In this document: positions 18,784 to 28,000 of the stretch, one piece after another | Numbering within the stretch: position 1 is the first letter of the stretch | Layout: each line of letters starts with the position of its first letter | Assembly: GCA_965662235.1 (NCBI GenBank) | Contig: CBFIGY010000001.1 | Span: forward strand, 192,001-256,000 | DNA: 64,000 nt | Source: an uncultured bacterium | GTDB lineage: Bacteria; SAR324; NAC60-12 | Reading direction: 5' to 3' | Notes under the pieces: model-generated | Told to the model about the DNA's origin: nothing | Database searches by the model: none | What the model saw: the letters and a program-made list of their open reading frames with translations, nothing else | Made by a program: the position numbers and the translations under genes

Positions 18784-19908
18784 TCATGAGGAAGCTCCGG
18801 GGCCGCCGCCAAGCTCTGGGGCACCGGTTCCCACGTCGCGTTGCGCGATCGCCACAGACTTGATGATGGCGTAACACGGTGTTCCGGGAGCAAGGCCCAG
18901 CGCCTGCGCAGAGCGGCGGGTCAGGCGGGCGAGAAGCCGGTCGGTGCCGGACTGCAACGCGACCATGACCCCTGGTCCGGAGCCTTCATGGACAGCGATC
19001 ACGGTGGCTGGAAGCTGATTCAGAGCACTCAGCTGCGTGGGTTGCTGGAGCGAAAGGATGACCTCGTGGGCCAGGATGCGCAGGCGCAGCTCGCTTCCGG
19101 GAGCGGCCTGACACTGAGGAAGCAGCAGGCGTCCGGAACTGACCGCCAGCTCCGTGAGTCCATCGTCGTGGTGCTGAAGGACGGTGGCAGCCATCAGGGC
19201 CCCGGCTTCACGAATGCCCAGAGACGGCACCACCTCCGGATCAGAGAGCACCTCTGCAGCAGGTCCAGAGCGCACAATGTGCCCATTTTCCAAAATCACC
19301 ACGGTGGTCGCGAGCCGTCCCACCTCTGCCAAGGAGTGACTGACGTACAGAATCGGAATCCGGGTCTCATCCCGGAGGCGCTCCAAGTAGGGCAGAATTT
19401 CAGCCTTCCGGGGGTCATCGAGCGCGGCCAGCGGTTCGTCCATCAGCAGCAGTCGGGGTCCACTCAACAGGGCTCGACCAATCGCCACTCGCTGTTTTTC
19501 CCCTCCAGACAGCGCGCCCGGTTTCCGGTTCAGGAGGTGCTCAATCCCAAGCAACGTGACCACCCGCTCCACCGGGGTCAGCTTTGCCGTTCGAGGCGCA
19601 AACCACTGCCCAAACTTCAGGTTCTGCTGCACCGTCAGGTGTGGAAAGAGTCGGCCTTCCTGAAACACGTACCCAACACGACGACGGTGGCTGGGCACCG
19701 AAATCTTCTGCTGGTGGTCAAAAACACACTCGCCCTGCAGGACAATCCGTCCCGACTGTGGACGCAGAAGCCCAGCCACCGCGTTCACCACCGTGGTCTT
19801 CCCGGAGCCTGAACGTCCAAACAGCACCGTGACGCCTTCCGGAGCCGAAAAGGAAACATCTAGGGCGAAGCGAGCAAACTGATGCTGCAGCACAACTTCC
19901 AGGCTCAT
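18784..19908 (-). CDS. modC: Molybdate ABC transporter ATP-binding subunit
   Basis: True start 19908 (MSLEV; ATGA overlap with modB). Walker A GRSGSGKT, LSGGEKQRVA, LLMDEP, C-terminal TOBE domain (YAIIKSVAI). Confidence 0.95.
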   Translation of the reverse strand: MSLEVVLQHQFARFALDVSFSAPEGVTVLFGRSGSGKTTVVNAVAGLLRPQSGRIVLQGECVFDHQQKISVPSHRRRVGYVFQEGRLFPHLTVQQNLKFGQWFAPRTAKLTPVERVVTLLGIEHLLNRKPGALSGGEKQRVAIGRALLSGPRLLLMDEPLAALDDPRKAEILPYLERLRDETRIPILYVSHSLAEVGRLATTVVILENGHIVRSGPAAEVLSDPEVVPSLGIREAGALMAATVLQHHDDGLTELAVSSGRLLLPQCQAAPGSELRLRILAHEVILSLQQPTQLSALNQLPATVIAVHEGSGPGVMVALQSGTDRLLARLTRRSAQALGLAPGTPCYAIIKSVAIAQRDVGTGAPELGGGPGASS

Positions 19909-20618
19909 GATCCTGAAATCCTCCGGGCTACAAACTGTGCCAGGAACTCGGAGACCGCCAAGGCGCCAAAGGCCAGCACCACAGAGACCACGACCAGACG
20001 CAAAGCGCCGGCTTCCCCACCCGGCACCTGCAAGAGGGCATAAATTGCAGACGGCAGGGTTTGCGTTTCCCCGGGAATGCTGGACACAAACGTGATGGTT
20101 GCTCCGAATTCGCCCATCGCTTTTGCAAAGGAAAGCACCGCCCCGGCCAGAATTCCCGGGAGCATCAGCGGCAACGTAATGAGGCCAAAGGTCAGAAGCC
20201 GGTTGGCGCCTAGCGTCTGAGCAGCTTCCTCTAGCTTCGGGTCGACTGCTTCCAGAGCAAGGCGAATGGCCCGGACCATCAGCGGGAATCCCATCAGTCC
20301 ACACGCCAACGCAGCACCCGTCCAACGGAAAGCCAGCACGACGCCAAAGGTTTCTTCGAGAAAGGAGCCAATGGGGCCACGACGTCCAAACAGCACCAGC
20401 AGTAGGTACCCGGTGACCACCGGAGGCAGGATAAGAGGGAGGTGAACCAGTCCGTTCAGCAGCTGCTTGCCCCGGAAGTGAGTTCGGGCGAGCAGCACTG
20501 CCACAGCGATTCCCAGCGGCAGACTGACCAACGTGGCCCAAAACGCCACCCGCAACGACAGCTGCACCGCCACCCATTCTTGTGGACTCAACCCCTCTCC
20601 CCACATGGCCAGACTCAC
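19905..20618 (-). CDS. modB: Molybdate ABC transporter permease
   Basis: LPLILPPVVTGY, LEEAAQTLGA (EAA loop), MGEFGATITF. Confidence 0.95.
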   Translation of the reverse strand: MSLAMWGEGLSPQEWVAVQLSLRVAFWATLVSLPLGIAVAVLLARTHFRGKQLLNGLVHLPLILPPVVTGYLLLVLFGRRGPIGSFLEETFGVVLAFRWTGAALACGLMGFPLMVRAIRLALEAVDPKLEEAAQTLGANRLLTFGLITLPLMLPGILAGAVLSFAKAMGEFGATITFVSSIPGETQTLPSAIYALLQVPGGEAGALRLVVVSVVLAFGALAVSEFLAQFVARRISGS

Positions 20619-21436
20619 GGATGCAGAAGCACTCGGAACCCCTGGGCCTCAAACAGGACCTGGGCAGAGGGGCTGCTCAAGAAAGACAAAAAGGCAGGGG
20701 CGCTAGGGTTGCGGCTTTCCGCCAACTGCGCCACCGGGTAGATGATGGGTGGATGAGAGTCTTCTGGAAAGGTTGCGAGCCGTTGGACACGAGGCTCTGC
20801 CACGGCATCCGTCGCATAGACAATGCCCAGCGGAGCCTCTCCTCGGGCAACCAACGCGAGGGCGGTCCGGACGTTGTCAGACTGAGCCACCTGCCCCCGA
20901 ACCGACTCCCACAGTCCCAGCTTCTGCAGGGCGGCCTTTCCATAGAGGCCAGCGGGCACCGAGTCGACCAGTGCCATTGCCAGCCGTTCCGGGCCCAACC
21001 GCTGCTTCAGTGCGTCTGGGTCGCTCAGCGCCACAGGTTCCTGTGTGCCGAATCCCACCAGCACCAGTTGATTTCCCAGCAGGTTCCGACGGGTTCCGGA
21101 GGCCAGCAGGCCCTCTTGCTCCAGCACATCCATCCAGCTTACGTTGGCAGAAAGGAAGAGATCGGCAGGGGCGCCCCGCTGAATCTGCCGAGCCAGCGCA
21201 GAGCTTCCGGCATACGAAAGCGCCACGTCTTGACCGGTTTCGCTCTTCCAGGAAACCGCGAGGGCGTCCAGTGCATTCTTGAGACTGGCAGCCGCAAACA
21301 CGAGCAGGCGCTCCTGCGCCATCAGCGTCGATGCCCACCCCAGCAGTCCCAACAGCAGCAGGCTGCGTTGAAGCTGGCGGAGGAGCCTTCGGGTTCGGCG
21401 TTGGTGGATGGGAACAGGCATGGGGCGTTGCATCAA
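20615..21436 (-). CDS. modA: Molybdate ABC transporter substrate-binding protein
   Basis: VFAAASL, AGSSALARQI, GAPADLFLSAN, VPAGLYG, GIVYATDA, SHPPIIYP. Exact start uncertain. Confidence 0.93.
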   Translation of the reverse strand: MMQRPMPVPIHQRRTRRLLRQLQRSLLLLGLLGWASTLMAQERLLVFAAASLKNALDALAVSWKSETGQDVALSYAGSSALARQIQRGAPADLFLSANVSWMDVLEQEGLLASGTRRNLLGNQLVLVGFGTQEPVALSDPDALKQRLGPERLAMALVDSVPAGLYGKAALQKLGLWESVRGQVAQSDNVRTALALVARGEAPLGIVYATDAVAEPRVQRLATFPEDSHPPIIYPVAQLAESRNPSAPAFLSFLSSPSAQVLFEAQGFRVLLHP

Positions 21437-21532
21437 AAAGAAGGGTCAGGTTTCCGACACCGGGGAGACCATGCTAGCGGCTTTGTCCGCAAAGCAAAAA
21501 CCATATGAAGAGGTCTATTGGTTTCGGAGGCG

Positions 21533-21548
21533 TGGTACGCGCTTTGCT
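21533..21548 (+). promoter_or_regulatory. Sigma-54 (-24/-12) promoter of the flgFGAH operon
   Basis: TGGTAC-GCGCT-TTGCT: GG at 21534-35 and GC at 21546-47 with exactly 10 nt between; about 50 bp upstream of flgF. Confidence 0.75.
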
Positions 21549-21598
21549 TTGCTGTGAGAAAGTTATTCGCACTGTAACCCAAACCTGAAAGCTTCGCG

Positions 21599-22372
21599 AT
21601 GACGTCCATTAACAGCCTCGTTCATGCCGCCGGCGCTCTTGAGCGCAAGCTGGACACGGTTGCCAACAACCTGGCCAATGCCAGCACCACAGGCTTCAAA
21701 GCCGATCAGGCTGCCTTTAAAGAGGTGCTCTCCACGGCCCAGCGGGTGGCTCCCGAATCTACCGAGGAATCCTTTCTCTCCCACGAGTACCTTGATCAGT
21801 ACGTGGGCATGGACCGTTCCTCTGTTCAAGTGGACGAAATCGGCAAGGACTTTTCAACCGGACGGCTCCGGCAGACGGGCAATCAGTTGGACCTTGCGTT
21901 GGACGGCTCCGGATTCTTCACCTTGGAGACTCCTCAGGGCACCCGCTACACCCGGGCCGGAAGCTTCAAGCTCGACAACGAAGGCCGCCTAGTGACCTTT
22001 GAAGGCAACCGCCTAATGGGGGAAAACGGAGAGATTCGGGTCAACGGATCACAGGTGCAGATCAGTGACGCCGGGCAGGTTTCTGTCGACGGAGAGGTGG
22101 TGGACACCCTCCGGTTGGCTGAATTCCGACGCCCGCAGAATTTGCAGAAACTGGGAGGGAACCTGTTCGCTCCCCTGCATCAAGACGATGTCCCGATCCC
22201 TGCGCAGAACACCGCGGTGAAGCAGGGCATGCTGGAGGACTCAAACGTCAACACGGTCTTGGAGATGACCCGAATGATCTCCGCGCAAAGGGCCTATGAA
22301 ACCGTTCAGCGGGCCATGAGCAACGTAGACAAACTCAACGAACGTGCCATCTCGATTGCACGGGTCGGCTGA
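21599..22372 (+). CDS. flgF: Flagellar basal-body rod protein FlgF
   Basis: ANNLANASTTGFK, TGNQLDLAL, YTRAGSF, LEDSNVN..EM; first of an F/G pair. Confidence 0.9.
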   Translation: MTSINSLVHAAGALERKLDTVANNLANASTTGFKADQAAFKEVLSTAQRVAPESTEESFLSHEYLDQYVGMDRSSVQVDEIGKDFSTGRLRQTGNQLDLALDGSGFFTLETPQGTRYTRAGSFKLDNEGRLVTFEGNRLMGENGEIRVNGSQVQISDAGQVSVDGEVVDTLRLAEFRRPQNLQKLGGNLFAPLHQDDVPIPAQNTAVKQGMLEDSNVNTVLEMTRMISAQRAYETVQRAMSNVDKLNERAISIARVG

Positions 22373-22404
22373 ACCCTGGATTTTTGATTAGGAGATAGAA
22401 CGCC

Positions 22405-23193
22405 ATGATGCGAGCACTCTACACGGCCGCCTCCGGAATGGGCGCCCAGCAACGACACATCGACACCGTTGCCAACAACCTGGCCAACGTCAACACCACG
22501 GGCTTCAAGAAGAGCAAGGTTCACTTCCAGGACCTGCTCTATCATAACGAACGCTCCGCCGGGGTGCCTTCTTCCCTGTCCACGCAGGTGCCAGTTGGTC
22601 TGCACGTGGGACACGGGGTCAAGTACGTTGCCACTGAGAAGGTGCACACGCAGGGTAGCGTTCAGAACACCGGAAACGACCTAGACCTCAGCATTGATGG
22701 CATTGGGTACTTCCAGATCCTCCAGCCCAACGGCATTGTTGCTTACAGCCGCGACGGACACTTCAACATTGACGGCCTCGGTCGCCTGGTGACCAACGAC
22801 GGCATGATCCTCGATCCGGAAATCAACATTCCGCAAGACACCCGGAAGATTGAGATCGGCTTCGACGGCACCGTTTCTGTTTACCTGCGGGATGAGACGC
22901 AGCCGGAAGCCATTGGCAGCATCCAGCTCGCTCGCTTCACCAATCCTGCTGGACTGACCCCGATTGGCAAGAACCTCTACATCCCCACTCCGGCCTCGGG
23001 CAACGCGATTGTGGATGCCCCCGGATCCAACAGCATGGGTAAGCTCAACCAGGGCTTCCTGGAAATGTCCAACGTCTCCCTTGTTGAGGAAATGGTGGAC
23101 ATGATCACCGCGCAGCGGGCTTATGAGGTCAACTCCAAAGCCATTCAGGCATCCGATGAGATGCTGCAAACTGCCAATAACCTGACCCGCTAA
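22405..23193 (+). CDS. flgG: Flagellar distal rod protein FlgG
   Basis: MRALYTAASGM, ANNLANVNTTGFK, FQDLLY, QRAYEVNSKAIQASDEML. Confidence 0.96.
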   Translation: MMRALYTAASGMGAQQRHIDTVANNLANVNTTGFKKSKVHFQDLLYHNERSAGVPSSLSTQVPVGLHVGHGVKYVATEKVHTQGSVQNTGNDLDLSIDGIGYFQILQPNGIVAYSRDGHFNIDGLGRLVTNDGMILDPEINIPQDTRKIEIGFDGTVSVYLRDETQPEAIGSIQLARFTNPAGLTPIGKNLYIPTPASGNAIVDAPGSNSMGKLNQGFLEMSNVSLVEEMVDMITAQRAYEVNSKAIQASDEMLQTANNLTR

Positions 23194-23210
23194 CGTTTCG
23201 GTGAGTTGAC

Positions 23211-24185
23211 GTGATGAACCGGATGCTTCGTGCCCTTGCCCTCTTCCTCCTGCTGCCCAGCGTGCTTTTGGCGCGTGAGTACACAGAGGATCAAAAGATT
23301 CGTGTGGTGTTCCAAGACTCGGCTGTTGTCGAGGGCGAGGAGTACCAGCTGAACGAGGTGGCAACCCTAGAAGGAATCGACTACGGCCTGATTGAGCGCT
23401 TTGGCAAGATCAAGGTGGGTCGCTCACCTCTTCCCGGACGGAGCCTGACGGTCACGCGATCCCTCATTGAATCCCGTCTCCGTGCTGCCAAGTTGGACAC
23501 CAAACGCCTGACGTATCCGAACGGTCAGTCCACAAAGGTCACTCGAGCCGCCCTGAAGATTCCGGGAGAGGACCTCGACCAGGTTGTGCTCCAGTACATT
23601 GAGGAGCAGCACCCCGATGAAGAGGTCAAGCCACGGCTGCTGTCGAAGAGCCGGGATGTCTTTCTGCCCCGTGGAGAGGTCAGCTACGAGATCAAGGAAA
23701 AAGGCACCTTCGTTAAGGAAGCCGGATACCGGACTTACGACATTCAGCTGAGCATCAACGGCGAGTTGTCCAAGACCGTGCCCGTTCGGGTGTACCTCAA
23801 GATGTACAAGGAGATCTTTGTCGCCAAGGACACGATCAAGCGCGACGAGGTGATTGAGGAAGCCGACCTCGTCAAGGTCCGTCGTAACGTGGACCGCCTG
23901 ACCTCCACCTATGTCACGGACAAGCAGCAGCTCGTCGGCAAGGTTGCTTCCCGGGCGATTGGCTCCAATGAGGTCATCTCCGGAAACAGCGTGGTGATTC
24001 CTCCCGTTGTCAAGGAAGGCGACCGTCTGCTGATTGTTTATGAGACCCAGAACCTGATCCTGTCGGCCCAGGGAATTTCCATGTCCAAGGGTCGGGTGGG
24101 AGACCGAATCCCTGTCCGCAATGTGGACAGCAAGACTGTTGTGTATGCGCAGGTACGCGATAAAAACACTGTTCAGGTAGACTGA
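23211..24185 (+). CDS. flgA: Flagellar P-ring assembly chaperone FlgA (long form)
   Basis: Signal peptide; SAF domain; C-terminal GRVGDRIPVRNVDSKTVVYAQV; position after flgG. Confidence 0.88.
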   Translation: MMNRMLRALALFLLLPSVLLAREYTEDQKIRVVFQDSAVVEGEEYQLNEVATLEGIDYGLIERFGKIKVGRSPLPGRSLTVTRSLIESRLRAAKLDTKRLTYPNGQSTKVTRAALKIPGEDLDQVVLQYIEEQHPDEEVKPRLLSKSRDVFLPRGEVSYEIKEKGTFVKEAGYRTYDIQLSINGELSKTVPVRVYLKMYKEIFVAKDTIKRDEVIEEADLVKVRRNVDRLTSTYVTDKQQLVGKVASRAIGSNEVISGNSVVIPPVVKEGDRLLIVYETQNLILSAQGISMSKGRVGDRIPVRNVDSKTVVYAQVRDKNTVQVD

Positions 24186-24973
24186 TGCGCTCCTTTTTTC
24201 ATCCCGTTCGCCGTTTTGCCGCATTCAGCCTGCTGGTGGCCGTGACCCTAGGAGGGTGCCGGACCGCAGCGCCCCCTCAGATGCAAGCCGACACCAAGGC
24301 TTCCGAAGCCCTGCGTCAGCGTCAGGAGCAACTGGCCCGAGACCCCATGCGTCAGCAACGGCGCCGACCGGTCAACACGGCAGCCAATCCGTATGAAGGT
24401 TCCTTGTGGACCCACGAGTCCTCCTTCGGCAACCTCTTCCGAGATCACCGGGCACGCTTCCGAGGCGACCTCCTGAGCATCCGGGAGCTGGCCTCCATCG
24501 TCAATGTGCCGCCACCGAAGGGTCAGCCGCAGCAAGCTGCCGCAGACGCGCAGCAAGCAGGCGCCCAGACCCCTGCCGGTCAGGCCAACACCGTCCTTGA
24601 AGCCATGACCCTCCGGGATCAGATTGAGGAGGAGCAGAACGACATCCTACGTTCCCTAGACACCATTTCCGCCCGGGTCGTCCGGGTGCTGTCAGATGGC
24701 AACATGCTGGTTCAGGGACAGAAGATTGATTACCGCCAGCGCAACCAGGTCCGTTACATCACGACGGTTACCGGTGTGCTGCGTCCCGCCGATGTGGATG
24801 ACTCCAACATCGTCTCTGCTGCCAAGCTGGCCAACCCCAATGTCCAGATCAAGCGGCAGCAATCCAGCACGCTGATTCGGGAGCGCCTGCAGCAGCTCAG
24901 CCCCGTCATTGGTCAACAGGAATCCAATCTCGCCGGACGCTTGAGTGAGTTTGCCACTCAGCCTGGTCAGTAA
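24185..24973 (+). CDS. flgH: Flagellar L-ring lipoprotein FlgH (divergent)
   Basis: Lipobox LGGC; GSLW...LFRDHRARFRGDLLSI; ISARVVRVLSDGNMLVQGQK; GVLRPADV. Confidence 0.8.
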   Translation: MRSFFHPVRRFAAFSLLVAVTLGGCRTAAPPQMQADTKASEALRQRQEQLARDPMRQQRRRPVNTAANPYEGSLWTHESSFGNLFRDHRARFRGDLLSIRELASIVNVPPPKGQPQQAAADAQQAGAQTPAGQANTVLEAMTLRDQIEEEQNDILRSLDTISARVVRVLSDGNMLVQGQKIDYRQRNQVRYITTVTGVLRPADVDDSNIVSAAKLANPNVQIKRQQSSTLIRERLQQLSPVIGQQESNLAGRLSEFATQPGQ

Positions 24974-25071
24974 GCAAAAAAAACGTTTTCCTTTTTTGCT
25001 GGGTTTTCATATAGCTAGGGGAGTCTCCAACGCACAGCTTTACCTGAACTGCAGACGCCCCTAACTCCCCC

Positions 25072-28000
25072 ATGGCTGACACCGGAAACGCAGCACGCCC
25101 GCAGTTGGACCTCCAAGTCGAGGCCCTCACCTCCCTCAACGCCCACATCCCCTGCAACCCTCAGGGCAGCTCCGCGGCTTCATCCCTCCGGAGCCTCCTC
25201 CAGGAGTTGCAAAAAGCCACCTTCACCGACGCCCTCAAGAAGTCCTACTCCGAAGACCGTCTTGAGAAGATCCGGGACTACGCTCATCAAGAATTTGCGG
25301 CCATGGGGCGGACGAACCGTCTGCGCATGGAAAGCCTAGTGGGACTTGCCAGTGAGGACATGCACAAGACCATGTTCGAGGCGTTGTTTCTCTTTGACGT
25401 CAACGCCGAGGGAAACTCCCTCAGTGTGGAAGAGAAGACCAAGAACTTTGACGAGGATGGCAAGCCCGTCTACAAAACCCACACCTATCCGGTGTTCTTC
25501 CCTCAGGCGCCTCATGGCATCGATGGTGTGGAACGCTTTCTGCCAGCAAACGTCCGGCATGAGGAAGAAGGGGGCATCCATCATTACCTGAAGGAAACCT
25601 ACCCGGACCTGGTGGGGCAGTTTCAGCAGGCAGCTGACAAGCCCATCAAGGCGCTCACCACCATCGGCAGCCTCGGAGGCATTGGGCACAAGCCCGACTC
25701 CGACATGGATGCCCAGATCATCCTCGACACCTACCCGGATCATCCTCACTGCTGGAACGATGGGAACTTCTTTGTGGCCCTCATCATGCGGGTGGTGGAT
25801 GACTTCTACAAAACCTACTGGGAGCGGATCCTCAAGCCAGAGCGACGCAATGAGCTGCACGACCAGGCGTGTCAGGTTCTGCTGGATCAGTATGCCGACG
25901 GACTCAGCCCCGAGGAGCAACGGGTCATTGACCTGATCTTTGAGAGTAGCTTCCGGCAGGAGAGCCGCAAGCTCATGCAGGAGGAACTCAAGCAGCTCTC
26001 CGGAGAGGAGCAGAGCAAGCTCTTCCGGCAACAGCTGGCAATGACGCTCCGGGACTTCCCTGACGCAGAGGCCTTTTTGCCTCAGCTCCAGAAGTTCTTC
26101 CCCTTCCTGAAGCAGCCTGCCGCAGAGCTCCAGGGCCAGCTCTTCCGGTTCTCCCTCAAGCAGCTCACGCTGGACAAAGTCCTCCTTTGGCTCACCCAGT
26201 ACTACCGCGAACAGTTCCTCGGCACCGAGTCCACAAAGCAAGTGCTGAGTCAGGCGGGAGTGGAAGACGCAGCGGAACCGCAGCAACGCAAGGCCCTCGT
26301 TGAGCACATTCAGGGGAACCCCCTCGTCGGCGAACTGGTGGTGGAGTTCATGCACGAGATCGTCTCCCGAATCAGCCATGATGCGCGTTCCAAGATCCCG
26401 GAGATCGTGCAGATCCTCAAGAGCCAGTTTCCCGGAATCACAGAGGCCATCGGTGGTGACTTTGTGCAGAAGCTCTGGGCTCGGCTGGATGACGGCTTCC
26501 GGGAGCACATGGCCAACCTCGTGGAAGCCTTCAACGACTGGGAGGCCAAGCAGAAGGAGGTTGCACTGGAGTACCCCATCCATCAAAAGGTCTACCAGGC
26601 AGAAGCCTACCTGACCCAGAAGTACCCCAGCACCGAGATCCACTTCTTCACCAACATCCTCCGGAAGCAACGGGCAGGACAGCACACCCCCTTCCTGGTC
26701 TCTCCGGAAGGGAGCATGGCGTATTCGCTGATGCTCAACGACTTCCTCCTCAATCCGGCAACGGTGCTGTGTGGCACCATGCCCATGCCCTTTGACCTGC
26801 CCCGGGAGTTCAAGCTCTTTGCCTCAGTGGGAATGTTTCCCGGAGAGGAATGGACGCTCAAGCAGTACCTAGATGCCAGCGCTCCGCTGCCTGGCGAGGA
26901 GCCTGAGGCTCCGGAAGAAGGAGAGGGAGGCGCAGAAAACGCGGCACCCGCTGATCCCGGAGAGTTTGAGACCTTTACGCTCCAGCACCTTCCCAACTGG
27001 GGCGAAACCTCCATCCCCCGTGAAAAGTTCCTTGAGCACGCGCTGCCCATCTTCCTGCGGGAGAGTGAAAAGGTCAGCCACCGAAACCTTCCCAAGGCCC
27101 TGCTCAACTGCTGGTGGCTGGAAATGATTGTGGTGCTGGACACAGAGGATGAGCCCCCCACCAGCTTGACGCGTCTCCTCTGGAACCCGGACCGACGGCA
27201 CTTTGTCCGCGAGAACATTCAGGGAGAAATCACAGACGCCCTGCTGGACATGGAGAAGAAGTACCCCCAGCTGGTGCTGGACCCCTGGTGGCTCAAGTTC
27301 ACCGAAATGTTCTCCCGCTTTGAGAGCTACGAGCAGGATGAAGACCGTCAGGACTTTTCCTTGAGCACCCTGAGCATGATCCAGAAGCAGATCCTCTTCT
27401 GCTTCGCCCAGCACCTCCGGTTGTCGGACATCATCAACTATGAAAACCAGGGCAAGGCCGTTTGGCTCGATGAGAATGCCAACTGGCGGGCTCATGCAAT
27501 GGTGGACTACTACAACTACTTCTTCAGCAACCCCCGTGAACGCCAGGAACTGATCCGCTTCATGCAGGGACGCGACGACGCCGGAAACCGGATGGAGAAG
27601 CTCCTCAAGCAGCTCTTCCTGGAATCCATGCAACGCGTCGAGAAGAAGCTCTGCGCCATTGGCAAGTCCAACGCCCTGCAGACGATCACCACGCAGTTGC
27701 AGCAGCTCTCCAAGCAGGAGATTGATACCGAAAAGGCCACCAAGTTCCTCAATCCGCTGCTTGCCTTGGTCAACCAACGCGTCAGCATTGAGGACCGGAA
27801 GGTGCTGCTGAAGGTCAAGAACAAGCAACCCCTCAACAAGCTTGAGAAGCTTCAGGCCACGCTCATTTATGAAGATCATCAGAAGATGAAGAACGTGGTC
27901 ATGAACATTGCCGACTACTTCAAGCAGTTTGGGGTGGAACTGGACGAGACCTGGGTTCGGAAGGCCATCATTGAATCCCGGGTCCGCATTGCTGGGGATC

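Noticed and set aside
19909..20652. Apparent 250 aa N-terminal extension of ModC (622 aa ORF)
   Set aside because: It overlaps modB in another frame; the real modC start at 19908 forms an ATGA overlap with the modB stop.
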